64,000 bases of DNA from Lama glama (lineage: Eukaryota): NCBI GenBank assembly GCA_028534125.1, contig CM052816.1, positions 18,850,001 through 18,914,000 of the forward strand, read 5' to 3'. A program made the position numbers and the translations under genes. Positions 52,090 through 63,719 of this stretch are shown here, piece by piece. A model generated the notes under the pieces. The model was given only the letters and a program-made list of their open reading frames with translations. It searched no databases and was not told where the DNA came from. Numbering within the stretch: position 1 is the first letter of the stretch; each line of letters opens with the position of its first letter.

Positions 52090-53550
52090 AACGCCACAGT
52101 GTCTTCTCCCTCTCTGCCTTGGGCCTCATCTGGGGCCCATGAGGGCACCACTTCCCCATGGCCCTCGTGCACGGAGGCTACTTCTTCTTTCTGTATTGGT
52201 AGGTGGCTTTAAGCTGTCTTCACTCCTCAGAGCTGCTTCCAGATCAGACTCCTCTGGCAGCACCTGAAGCTCCTGTCCATCTGAGGCTTCCTTGGTCTAG
52301 TCCTCCTCGCCTAGTGGAGGTCATCCTTCCACTTCCTTCACCCTCCTTCCACTGGAGATGTGGGTGTGGGCCATCCAGGGTGACCTCAGCCTCCGTGGAC
52401 ACTGTCAGCTCTTTGACCTCCTTGCTGCCAGTGGCCTTCACCCACACCCCAGCCCAGCCTCCCACATCCACAGCCACACCCTGCACCCTGTCTCCCAGGG
52501 CTACTCCATCTTCCAGATCCCCAACTCAGACACCCTACCCTCTGACCACACGCCCCCAGCCTCCCAGCCCTCAGTATCCTTTACCTTCCTAGGAGAGCCC
52601 TGACTCTGGAGCCACTCCTGACCTGGACCCTGACACAGAGCCTGCCAGTGAACCCCATCATCTCACAGTGAGCTGCCTGGGGTGCTCCCATGGTCCTGAG
52701 TCAACACTCCCACTCTGCTCAGCTTTCCTCCATCCTCTGCTCTCAAGCCTCCCCCACACCCTGCCCCCTTCTTGCCAGCTGCAGATCTACCCGAACTTCA
52801 TTCAGAAAGGGGTATCTGATTTTTCATTCAACAATCATTGATTTAATATTCAAAACATGTGCAAGTCAACGTCTTAGGCACTGGGGATATAGCAGGAAAC
52901 ACAACGGACAAAAATCCCTGTCCTCTTGGAGCTTACACCCAAGTAAGTAACACTCAAGTAATTTCCATCCAACAATAAAAAGATCAACAAAATACGTAGT
53001 ATGGGGCACTTGCTAAGGGAAAGTGCTAGGACTGAGGACAGAAACTCACAGGCAGGCACTCCCTTTGTGCCTGCCACCTGGGAAGGCACCTATATGATGC
53101 CCGTGGCCTCCTCATGGCCTCCTGCCCCAAACTCTGTGGCTCTCTCCAGCCCAAGGCCAGCCCAGTCCTGGGCTCTGGGTCCCTGCTCTCTCCACCTCTG
53201 GGGAGTCTCTCCCATCAGCCCTTCTCTCTTGCAACTCTTGCAACTCTCCATCTTCCTATGTCTCCTTCCCTTAAACCTGCTGCGGTCCTGCTTACTCTCC
53301 AAGAAACCAAAGAGGACACGCTCTCCCTGTTCCCCATTTGTCTGCCTTTCCCCAGCCTGTTGCCTGCTCTCCTCCCATCAAAGCTAGGTTATTTCAAAGA
53401 ATTGCTTACAGAACCCAACTGCCTCCCTCCACTTCAACTGCTGCAGTCTGGCTTTGTGCCCACCACTGTCCTGAAGCTGCTCTTGCCAAGATCACCTATA
53501 GCTCTTGTGGCCATTTCTGACCTCATCCTTCTGACCTCTAAGCAGTGTCT
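52090..53550 (+). mobile_element. L2 ORF2 fossil with AP-endonuclease and RT remnants (interrupted)
   Basis: ORF 52358-52603 AIQGDLS..QLFDLL..SHIHSHTLHPV..PSDH resembles L2/CR1 EN motifs GDFN, THxxGHTLDL and SDH; 53150-53200 resembles KANPSTCALDPIP; 53465-53545 resembles the HSTETAL.KVT..LILLDLS region of RT. Confidence 0.7.
52820..52950 (-). mobile_element. L2 3' end, opposite strand, inside the L2 fossil
   Basis: ttcattcaacaa..taggcactggggatatagcaggaaacacaacggacaaaaatccctgtcctcttggagcttac. Confidence 0.8.
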
Positions 53551-53584
53551 TCCCTAGAATGTCCAACCCTGTTGCAGGAACACC

Positions 53585-53810
53585 ATAGTGAGAAAGGTGT
53601 ATGCAGTGATAAAGAGCTCATGCTCTTGAATCTGGCCATGCTGAGTTGACAGTCCTGCCTCTGCCACTCACTAGCTGTTCTTTAGCATCCTCCATGGCGG
53701 AATGGGGCTAACCCTTGCACTGGCCTCACTGGGTTGCTGTTAGGTTGAAAGCTTGTGTAGGGCATCCAGTGATTCCTGGCATGCGGGTTATGGCCTTCAC
53801 TGTAATTACA
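53585..53810 (+). mobile_element. MIR
   Basis: gcagtgataaagagctcatgctcttgaatctgg..tcctgcctctgccactcactagctgt..cctcactgggttgctgttagg. Confidence 0.7.
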
Positions 53811-54429
53811 AGAACACCAAACACTGGGCATCCCGGGAGGAAGCTGAGATTTGCATGTCAAAGGAGCAGTTCTTTCATCAGTAACTGGGGGAAACTAGAA
53901 CATTGCTTACAAGAAAGTCTTTGGGAAAATGCCAAACCAGGGGGTAGAGCTGCTTTGGAGAGGGTGGAAGGGGTAGGGCTTGGAGCAGGCCACTGGCCAG
54001 AAGAAAGACTAGAGAGTGGGAGATGGACCAGTCACCTTCCCTGTGTGCCTTTCCTGCTCACCCACCTATGGTGGACCCTGTGGCACTCTCCAGTCCTCGC
54101 TCACAGCACTGAACTTGCCTCTTTTTCTCTTACTGTCACTTAGACTCGTCTTCCCCTCCTCCCTGGCTGTACATCCCCAGGGCGCAGGCCTTGACTTTAC
54201 CTAAAGGTACACCATCTGCAGCCCTGCCAGAGCTTGGTGCTTGAGGAGAGCAGGTGCCCGAGGCCATTGCTGAACTAATCAGGGGACAGCTGGAGAAAAG
54301 GCCCTGATGGAGCAACAGGCAGGGAAGAGGTTTCTTAACCGGCAGAGAGGCCAAGCCAGCAACAGACTAAGGGAGACAGGGACGCCGGATGATGAGAAAG
54401 TTCTGGTCTCTCACCCAAGGAACCCTGTT

Positions 54430-55130
54430 TCTTGGTGGAGAGCCATTGCATTTGATGTTAAAAGGGCAAAGGAGCTTTGCAAAGGAGTAGGAACAGGGAA
54501 CATGCATGGAAGGTCATGGAGGATGTCACCGGGAGATAACCTTAAGGGAGTCTCAAGGGATGACACAGAGATCCCAGGGGCAGAGGAAGGAAAGGAATTC
54601 CAGACAGGACAAGGAGTAGACGGGCTTGGGCATGTGAGAGTGCACAGCATATTCAGGGAACTACAGGGGCTGAAAGGTTGAATGGAGCATGGCAGGGCAG
54701 ATGAGGCCAGGAGGCCATGAGACTAGAGGCATCTGGCAGAAGGGTCCTGGGGCCAGACCCTGAACATGGTTCCACCTGGAGGCCAGGGAGGGGTTCAAAG
54801 CAGGGGAGTGAGTGGCAAGGCCTGTGTTTAAGAAAAATGTAAATGCTGTCAGGTGCACAATGGCTTAGGGAGAAAGCTCAGAATCTGGGAGGTTATGGAG
54901 AAGGTAGTCACACTGTCTAGCTCAGAGATTATGATGAAGGCTTGACCCAGGACCATGGCAATAGGGTGAAGAGATGGGTATGACCACAGGTACTGTACAA
55001 GGCTCAGTGGTTGGTGGGAGTGAGCATGTTGGTAGTGAGGGACAAGGGTAAGGCAGAGGGATCCAAGCTCCTGGCATGGGCAATACAGCAGAGGGAGACA
55101 TGAAGACACCATTATGTGAACTAGTGCTTC
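54430..55130 (-). mobile_element. L2 fragments
   Basis: ggggttcaaagcaggggagtga..gtgtttaagaaa..tctagctcagagattatgatgaaggcttgacccaggaccatggcaataggg. Confidence 0.6.
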
Positions 55131-55315
55131 AAGGAGAACCACTGTGCAAAGGAGGCTCCCAAATAGAAAGGCAAACCATAACAATATCTCACAGGGGCTA
55201 ATCCAATCAGTGAGTCCTGAAGCTAGGTTGCCTGAAAGGGGCGGGATAGTAATAATAATAATATCAAATATTTTGAGCACTTGCATAATACTAATGGGCA
55301 CTTTGCATTGGACTC

Positions 55316-55855
55316 TGCAGATTGGTTCTCTCAACCTCTGTTCTACTCTCATGCTAACTGGGGAGGCTGGAAAGCTGAAATGCCTCCCAGACTCTTGCAG
55401 CTAGGGTTGAGGATGTGAACTAGGTTCTACCAGTTGGATGCACTCCCATTAGATTTGGAAAGAAGTTACTTGCTGGCTGTTTCTATCAGTAAGTAAGGTC
55501 CTGCAAAATTGGGATTTCCTTGTGGCTGGTTCCAGTATTCATTCTGCAGCTTTCTGGTTGTGGAGAGGCCACTGTGGCGGCAGTGGCAGCAGCAATGGCT
55601 TCCTGGCACCTGATCGCAGCTGTAAGAATGAGTCTTGCACTCTTAACTCCAGAGTGTCAGAGGCAGGACAGAAGCAGGTAGCCCTACTCTGGAAAATCAG
55701 TTCTAAATTGTCCCAGGAATCCTTCCAGAAGCCTATCAAGACCTGCTCCTCCAGCCTCCCAACAATGTTGTAGGACCTCATTCTCTGTATCAAATCTGCT
55801 CTTGCTCATAGTCAGTAACTTGGTTTCTGTTTCCAGCACTGAATCCAGACTACTA
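55316..55855 (+). mobile_element. ERVL-class solo LTR (subfamily uncertain), apparently splitting a MIR
   Basis: cctcccagactcttgcagctaggg..gatgtgaactaggttctaccagt..ctccagcctcccaacaatg..ggtttctgtttccagcactgaatccagact; MIR-like sequence on both sides (55248-55315, 55885-55920). Confidence 0.6.
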
Positions 55856-55924
55856 TGTATGTACCTGCAATCCTCCAAAAGCATTAAACACTTTAGCTCA
55901 TTTAATCCTCAAAATAACCTTCCA

Positions 55925-56200
55925 AGGCTAAGTTTGACCTTTGGCAACTCACTTACCCTCTGTGGGCTCCAATTTCCCTACTGCAAACTGGGGATTTAAT
56001 GGCCCTGCTCCATCATGGTAAGCACTGTGCTCGGGGCTCTTACATGCAATAACTCCTCATAACAGACCTACCACTAGCTCTTTTTTCAAAAGAGGACTGA
56101 GTCATGGAGATACTAAGTAATTCATGAAAGATCACAGCTAGTAAGTGGCACAGCTGGATCTTAGACCAATGCCAAGTGCACCCACAAGCACTATACTACA
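55925..56200. mobile_element. Adjacent MIR fragments (+ then -)
   Basis: tgacctttggcaactcacttaccctctgtgggctccaatttccctactgcaaactggg (+); gaggactgagtcatggagatactaagtaattcatgaaagatcacagctagtaagtggca (-). Confidence 0.75.
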
Positions 56201-57399
56201 CTACACAGATGGGTAGCAGGTTGTTACACTGTCTCGCAGAGCCTGCTACATGGGCCTGTCTTTTCAGAGCTTCCAGTGGGCAGGGGGAAGGGCAGGACAG
56301 AAGGAGAGAGGAAAGGGTGCCTGCTTTGATGGGCACTCTTCCAAAAGGATAGTGCAGTAGATACAGGGTGGACACTCAGATGAGTTGACCTAGTTTAAAG
56401 CGGGGCAAGAAGCTCTGCTTGCTTAGCAGTTGACACAGATGAGAAAATTCCCCCACCCTTGTTCGAGAATGGGGAGGGTGGTACCTGGAGATTATGGACA
56501 AAGAGGGCTGACAACCACTCACTCCTTTGCAACTTCACAACTGAGCATGCTGGGTCACTTCCTGCCCCACCTTAATGAGCTCTGGCCTGCTGGGCCAGCA
56601 AGGAGACAACCTGCATGCTGAAGTGAGGGGAAGTGATTCAAGATACTTGACTTTGAGGGCTACAAAGGCTAACCGCTTGGGCCAAACCTAAGGCTCCTCA
56701 AAGGCCCTCCCTCTGGATGGGGACAGAGGACACAGCTTTGCTGATGAGCCCATACTAATCCTTTTCCTTCCCCCAGAGATCTTTCCTTGGCTGCTTAGCC
56801 CATGAGTGAAGTCATGTGTCCTGTATACAAGTTTAACAGCTTTAATTTGCAGGGAGTTAATTACCTTCATAATTTGATCTGGTGGAGTTTCATCTCTATG
56901 GTTACCAGCTGAATATAAACAGTTATCACTTGCCTCTTTTACATAAAATATTCTTGGAAAATACCCCTAGGGCTCTAATCATGGAAATCATATATACAGA
57001 GTGTTCACAGAACCTTCTAAAAATTTTTACACAAAATATCTCTGCACATAAAAATCAATGAAATTGGGTAATCATTGACTAAAAATAATAATTCAAGGAT
57101 TGCTGCAGCTTGGTTTTACAGCCCTAGCCTCCAATAAGTCCATCAGATTTCCTAAGTGAGGCAAGTCTGGTGAGGATAAGGGCTTGGCTGAGTGATATGA
57201 CAGGTGGGAGGTGCCCAGAAAACAGTGCCCAGCAACTGATAATGTTCACTCCGGGAGTACCAGAGTGGGGACTGATGCTCAGAGGGAACATTCAGGTAAA
57301 TAACCACTGAGTTCTTGTGTTTATTGATTGTGCCTGCCTAGGGCCTTATGCTGACACCTGTGTGAATAGATGGAACTGTACTGAATGAATGAATGATGA

Positions 57400-57610
57400 C
57401 AAAAGTTAACATTTATGGATAGTGTACTATGTGCCAGTCACTATATCATGCATTTTGCAAGTATTTCCCCAAGTAGTCCTGACAATATCACTATGGGGTA
57501 GATATAATTATTGTTATGCCAAATTTCCAGATGAGGGAACATAGGCTCAGAGAAGTCACAGAGCTAAAAGAAGGGGAGCCGGGATTTACGCCCAAGCCGC
57601 TGTTCTCTCC
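57400..57610 (-). mobile_element. MIR
   Basis: taacatttatggatagtgtactatgtgccagtcact..tttccagatgagggaacataggctcagagaag. Confidence 0.8.
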
Positions 57611-57929
57611 ACCCCTCCTCTCCTGCCTTCACACAACAGGCCCACAGCTGTATATGTCATGACCGCCCAGCAAAACCCAGAAGTTTTCCAGGTAAGGAAC
57701 ATGATAGCTTTTTTAATTTGCCAGGAGGGAGCTCTCTGGATGGGTGACCCTGATGGGAAGATGCTCCTGGCCACCAGAAGCATTCGATCATCGGAATCCC
57801 TGGTCAGCAGTGTCTGTCTGTTGGTCTCTCTATATCCCTGGTCACTGGTGTCTGTCTGCTGGGAGCCTTCCCAGATAGTGTGGGACCCTCCCCATCTAGT
57901 GTGGGACTCTCAGCAGTCCCAGTCTCTAG

Positions 57930-58090
57930 GAGCTTATGAGGTTGAGCAGGGTCACTATGTTTTCTGCACCAGTCTCTTCATCTATGAAATGGGTCTAATA
58001 ATCACCAGGCCTCCTGTCTAATAGGAAAGCAAAGAGGCTCATCTGAGACCATGTGTAAACGTGTTCTTCATACTGCAAAGTGCCATCCAC
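57930..58090 (+). mobile_element. MIR fragment
   Basis: cagtctcttcatctatgaaatgggtctaataatc..catctgagaccatgtgtaaacgtg..actgcaaagtgc. Confidence 0.65.
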
Positions 58091-58309
58091 ACAAGGGACT
58101 CGAGTACCCTCCAAGTACGGCACCACTAAGAGATTAGCTGAGGCGCTGCCAGGCTTTGTATCCACTCACCGCCTTTCACCAATCCCTCTGGCGGCGATGC
58201 CATCTCACTGCTGACTTGCTCTGCTTTTACTCTTCCCCTCGGGGGCCAGCCTCTGGGAAGAGTGACCAGGTTTATCTCAACAATGACCTCCGCATACACA
58301 CAGTTCAGA

Positions 58310-58515
58310 CGTTGTGTGCTATGTGCCTGGTACTGGGCTAAGTGCAATCAACACTATCTCATACAATCCTCCCCATTATCCTAGGAGGGTTCTGAACGGT
58401 CCTCAATTCACAATTAGGAAACTGAAACTGAAGAGGTTAAGTGACCTGCCCAAAATCACAGAGCTAGACAGTGAGAGAGCAGGATTTGAACCCAGTGCTG
58501 TCTGGCTCCAAAGCC
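58310..58515 (-). mobile_element. MIR
   Basis: ctatgtgcctggtactgggctaagtgc..ggaaactgaaactgaagaggttaagtgacctgcccaaaatcacagagctag..ggatttgaacccagtgctgtctggctccaaagcc. Confidence 0.85.
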
Positions 58516-58871
58516 CCAGACGTCCCCACCGCATGACACAGTGTCTGGCTGCAGTCTGTACTATTATAGGGTTTGGGAGTCCAGGACGTGTCAGGTGTCA
58601 CCAATCCTCTTGTTCTATCCAAGTCTCCCCAGCAGAAGCCATTTTCTCCCAAAGGAAACTTAAAAAAGAGCAATTCTGCAACTAAACAGATGTCTATCCC
58701 AGCAAACACCAAGGTGTAAAAAGAGCTGTCTTTTTTAAAACTCAAGTCCTCAGAAACCAGATATGAAGTCATTGTGGCAACCCCCCCCCCCATTCCTCAT
58801 CTGCTAAAGTCCAGGGTTTGTGATATTCTAGACTGAGCCTGGTCCTCACTGTGGCCATCCTGCCAGGGCAG

Positions 58872-58980
58872 TGCTCATTCACTCGGTAATTATTTACTAA
58901 GCCCCTACTGTGCATTAGACACCGTGCCAGGGAAACGAGACAGACGCTGTCCCTGCCGTCACAAGGCTCACAGTCTGGTC
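58872..58980 (-). mobile_element. L2 3' end
   Basis: tcattcactcggtaattatttactaagcccctactgtgcattagacaccgtgccaggg..gtccctgccgtcacaaggctcacagtctgg. Confidence 0.75.
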
Positions 58981-61900
58981 CAGCCCTAGCCCAGGGAGAG
59001 CCGGTACCAGAAGCTATAAAGTCAGGACTCCAGCATTTCTCCCAGGCCCCCATTCCAAAAAGAACACCAGTTTCCATATTAATTATTCCTCCCATTTTCA
59101 GAACATTTGTTCATCATCTGTTTGTTCGTTATTATAACTGAAGCTATAATCAGACTTCAAATGTACATCGATCTCATCTTCAAGATCCAAAATGAGGGTA
59201 CAAGATCTGAACCGTATTTAATCCAGAGACAATATTTGGAGTGAGGACTACCCCTCAGAACCCTGGATGTCATGTTCCCACAGAAACGGGCCACTGCGAT
59301 GGCTTCACCTCATCAGTCAGACTCTCAAGATGCCGCCCTCCATCTGCCTCTTGGGGGAAGCCCTTGGAACTTTGTCTGTGGTGCCGGAAATTGCAGATGC
59401 TACTTAATCAACTGTAAATGCAGCTTAATCAAATGAAATTGCTTCCCCAGATCCATCAAAGCCCCTTTTCATTTTCTATTCTGGATGGGATCTGCCAGAG
59501 GTTAGAAGTGATACATGCTTGGTGAGTGCTGACCTGAGGTTAGGACACGTGGGTTGTGACTGAGGTTGACACACGGTCAGAGCACAGAGTCAGCTGACAG
59601 CTGAGCCTCTCCAGGAACAAAGCAGTCAGGCCCACTGGTTGACCAGAACCCTGCTGAGAGCCTGCTGTGCACTTTACCCTCTGGACTCCAAGACCAAGAA
59701 GCCCAGGCTTCTTGCCTCAGGAGTGGAGGATGCTGAGGACTACTCCAAAACAGGAGGGAACTGGTCCATCAGAAAAGAGGAGGGTGGAGGGGCCAGCAGA
59801 GCTGGATGGAGCAGCTCTTCTTGTAATGCAACCTTAAGCACCTAGACAGCCCTCAGAGCTCCTGACCTGAGCCCCTGACAGCTCCCCAGGAGTTCTTCTG
59901 CGTTCTGGTGGGGAGTTTCCCCCGGGCTGCTGCTAGAGCTCTGGGACTTCAGGTGATGGACCGACGGACCAGGTGATCATCGACATTCCTGTCAGTAACA
60001 GAATATTCACATCAGGCTTCTCTCCCTCCCACCCCCCAACCCCTACTGGGCTCTGAGTTCTGCCTACAGGCTCTGGTGCCTTTGGTGGTTTCAGAGCTTC
60101 CAGAAGCCCCAAATATCTGTTCTCCACTCTCCAGTGTCTGTGTGGGAACCAGCCCCTCCCAAAGTTCCCAGGGTCCTCATCTCCCTTCCCGCTTCCCAGG
60201 TTGTGCTCCCCAGGGCCAGTCCACACCATTTCAGGCACATATGTGTTGTCTCCCTCCATTCCCCCCACTCCCCATCTCTCTCTCCATCATTTCCGGCACC
60301 TTCCTCTTCCACTCGGTACCCTGCAGCTCTCATATCCTGCAGCTTTCCTTTCCTGCAAGACTTGCCCCTCCTGTCCTCCTGTGTCCGGGTCCCTCTGGCA
60401 CTGGCCACGAAGCCCTTCACACACCCTTTCCTAGGATGGCCTGCATTTAGCAGTGGACATCTTTGATACATGTATCCTAGACCTTCAAGGTCAAATCACT
60501 AATTTGATGAGCACTTGCTACATGCCGAAGGTGTGAATATCTAACTGTGGACCTTTCCAGGACAGCACAGAGATGTTCAGGAGAGAAACAGCACTCCTGG
60601 AGGCACAGACAGCATATGTTCCTGGCAGCCTAGGCTTTGTATGTACCCCTTCACGAGAGTATGGGGGAGAAGGGCTGGGCCTCTGCCTCCCACTCTAACA
60701 CAAGCAGGGCTAGTGGTTTCTGAGGGTCCCTCATGCCATCACTCTCAGGTCCCAGGAGTTCCCCAGTGGCCCTGAAGAGCTGGGGGGGAGAGGGTCAGCC
60801 AGTGGGGGTTCTAAGCTAGGTTCTCCCCTCACACAGCCTGAGACCAGGACTTGGGGATGAGTGACTCATGTAGAAGGAATTCCATGAAGCAGATGTGAGG
60901 GAGCAGGGAGAATGAGGCTGGAGGAGGAGTGGTCACTGCAAGATGTATTATCAAGGTCACAGATAAAGGCAGTGGGAGCTCCATGTTGCCAGGGTCTCTG
61001 AAAGCATAGAGAGCTCCCTCAAAACCATCCCCTTGAATGGTAGAGCCGAGCATTTATCTACCAGCTCCCACTTCCCACTGACTGGGATTCGCCCCCAGAG
61101 GCATAAACTGGCCACCCACCCACCTTTCCACACTTCTAAAATGTACTGATACAAGGGCAATGGGAGCTCCCACAGTCTTGGAGAAGGCTCTGGGGGAGAA
61201 ACCAGCAGGATGCAAGGAACACTTTAGGTGGAATGAGGCAGGGAACTGCCCAACACAGCTGCCCCTGAAATCAGAGGGAGCCCAAGGCAGGCAGCTATGG
61301 CGGCAAGGCAAGTGTGGGCCTTAGTCACTCTCCAGCCTACAGAAGGAGCACCCCATGAATTTCTAAGTGATACACCAGGTACTGTGCAAAGCATTGGGCA
61401 AACCACCAAGGACAAGCTGTCCCTTTCCTGGGACCTGAGCAAAGCCCCTCTCTGCTCTAAGCCTCAGTTTCTCTCTCTCCCAAAGAAAGATCAGAATGCC
61501 TGCCCTGCAGGGTGGCACAAAAATGGCTGTGAGGGTGCAGTGTGGCACTCCAGTGCTTCCTGCTTGCATCACCACCAGGGGAGGCCATGCTGTCACCCAG
61601 AGCAGTACAGTCTAGTAGTGGAATCATAGACACCTTGCAGGTCGGGGAGAACTTTGGAGACAGGCAGCCTTGTCACCTGGACACCCTAGAAGCTCCCCAC
61701 TGAGTGTCAGGTGGTGGTGAGAGTAGGGGGGTGGGGGCAGGAACTGTAATGCTTGTGGCAGCACATGGGCCTTGGAGTCAAGGAGATGTGAGCTCACGGC
61801 CCAGCTCTGCCCAGATGCTGAGTGATTTTAGAAAGGTCACCGATTCTCTTTGCCAATGAGGACTGTGCTGCATTTTGGGCTGGGCTAAAAACCGAAAGAG

Positions 61901-63719
61901 ACAATAAGTAAGAAGCACCTCTACACAAGGCCTGGCACACAGTAGGCCTGCAGCAAATGCCCTTGTGGGCTGCCCCAGCTGATGGCCATGGACTGTCTGA
62001 ATCTGAGGTTCCACAAAGCCAGGCTATTGTCTTTCCTACAAAGCCTCCCACCCTCCTTCACGAGATGGGGAGCAGCATAGCTCCCTGTCCAGCTGTTGGG
62101 GTGAGGGTGGGGGCGGGCCAGCAGCAGCCCTGGAAATGCTCAAGCTTTACAGTCCCCCAGCAGGGTCTGTGTTCTCCTCCACTAGCTCAGGCCCTCAGCC
62201 CTCTCAGAAGCCCTGAGCTTAAGGGAACCAGGTGCCTTCATTAAAAAAAAAAAAATCGACAAATAAAGGGCTCCTTTGCGAGGGGAGTGTGGTGCATTCT
62301 TGGGGGCTCCAAGCAGTTTTACAGACCCAGACATGGAGCAAAGGCATGCAGGGACCACGGAGCAGTTCCCAGGCCCCAGCAGGCTAGCTGGGGCCAAGGG
62401 CCGTGCGCAGGGGTGGGAATGTTCATCTGCTTTGCACCCACTCCATGGCAGACCCCCCGCTGGCCCCAGATGCACATGGGTGAGGAGGAAGGAGGGAGAG
62501 AGGTCCAGCCTGAGGACAATCAGGTTCGTATAGCTCTCCTGAGTTGGAAGCCTTACATCCTGAGGGCAACCTTTCCCCTAAAGCGGTTTATCTCGCCATG
62601 GGTTTTGGGGTGAACACATGTGAGCCCTGGGTAAGAACACCCCAAATCCCTACTGTCCAGGCACTCCCAGAAGCGCAGGCCCTCTCTCTGCCGCTCACAA
62701 AGTGAATCGGGGCGTTTAGAGAGTCAGAAGAGCCAACAGGCTGGACTGAAAATCCATCTATAAAATCTTCCTTTTTGCAACACACAAGACAGCCCAAATT
62801 CCAACCACATAAGAAGGTGTCAGCTACCAAGTACACTGAACCGTCTCAGCAAGACCCAGACACCCATAAGTATCACTAGTGGTGACTAGAAACCAAGTTC
62901 TGATAAACAAATATTTTGCATATTGACTTCTGGAGAACTGACCTGGGCCCTGCAGGACTGGGTCCAGTGCCTGGTGTGTGAGGTCGTCCCAAGGACCCAT
63001 CTCACCCTGCTCCTGCTGTGTGGTGTTTTTCATCCCAACCCAACAACCTGCTGGAGCCCCGGGCAAGGAGTGGCCCAAGGTTACTTTTCTTGGCACTCTG
63101 GGCGTATGCGGCTGAGTCAAATGGGGAGAAAGGCCTCAGAGGCTCCCCAAACCACTGCAGACAAGAACCTGAGAGACTTCTTGGGAATCCCAAACTAAAA
63201 CCACCAAGCTGGGAATTGTTCATATTGCAGAAAGTCTGTACTTTACCCCAGGGTCCTTTTAAGCTTCCCGAGGCCATTTAAAGTGGGGGTAAACAGGACA
63301 CGGGGTGGTGATGAAATAACGTGTGCCACAGAAAGGCAAGTACACACGGATTGTGTGTACAATTGCCATCATGTGAAAGTCCGCATGGGCACAGCCTGGA
63401 TTGGCTCCCGGTAGAGTGGAAGGTTCCCTGGTACCCTTTCTCCACTTCAGCGCCACTATACTGTTTTCAGAATAGTGTAGCTGTTTCATGTAGGGATTTT
63501 TCTTCCCCCTCCCCCCACTTTTTTTTTCCATAAATGGATCCAGGCACCAAATCCAATTTTCAATCAATTTAATTACAAGTTCACCAGTGTTCCAAGCTCT
63601 CCCCAGTACCCCCACAGCCCACAAGCCCTGCTTATGCTCTGTCATGTGATAGCTACTCCCTGCCCACTGCTCCCTTTCTGGCCTTGAGGCCTTTACTGCT
63701 GCTATTCTGCCCCTGTGCT

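Noticed and set aside
52130..52486. Glu/Gly-rich minus-strand reading frames resembling a protein exon
   Set aside because: Better explained as the antisense of the C-rich L2 endonuclease fossil on plus.
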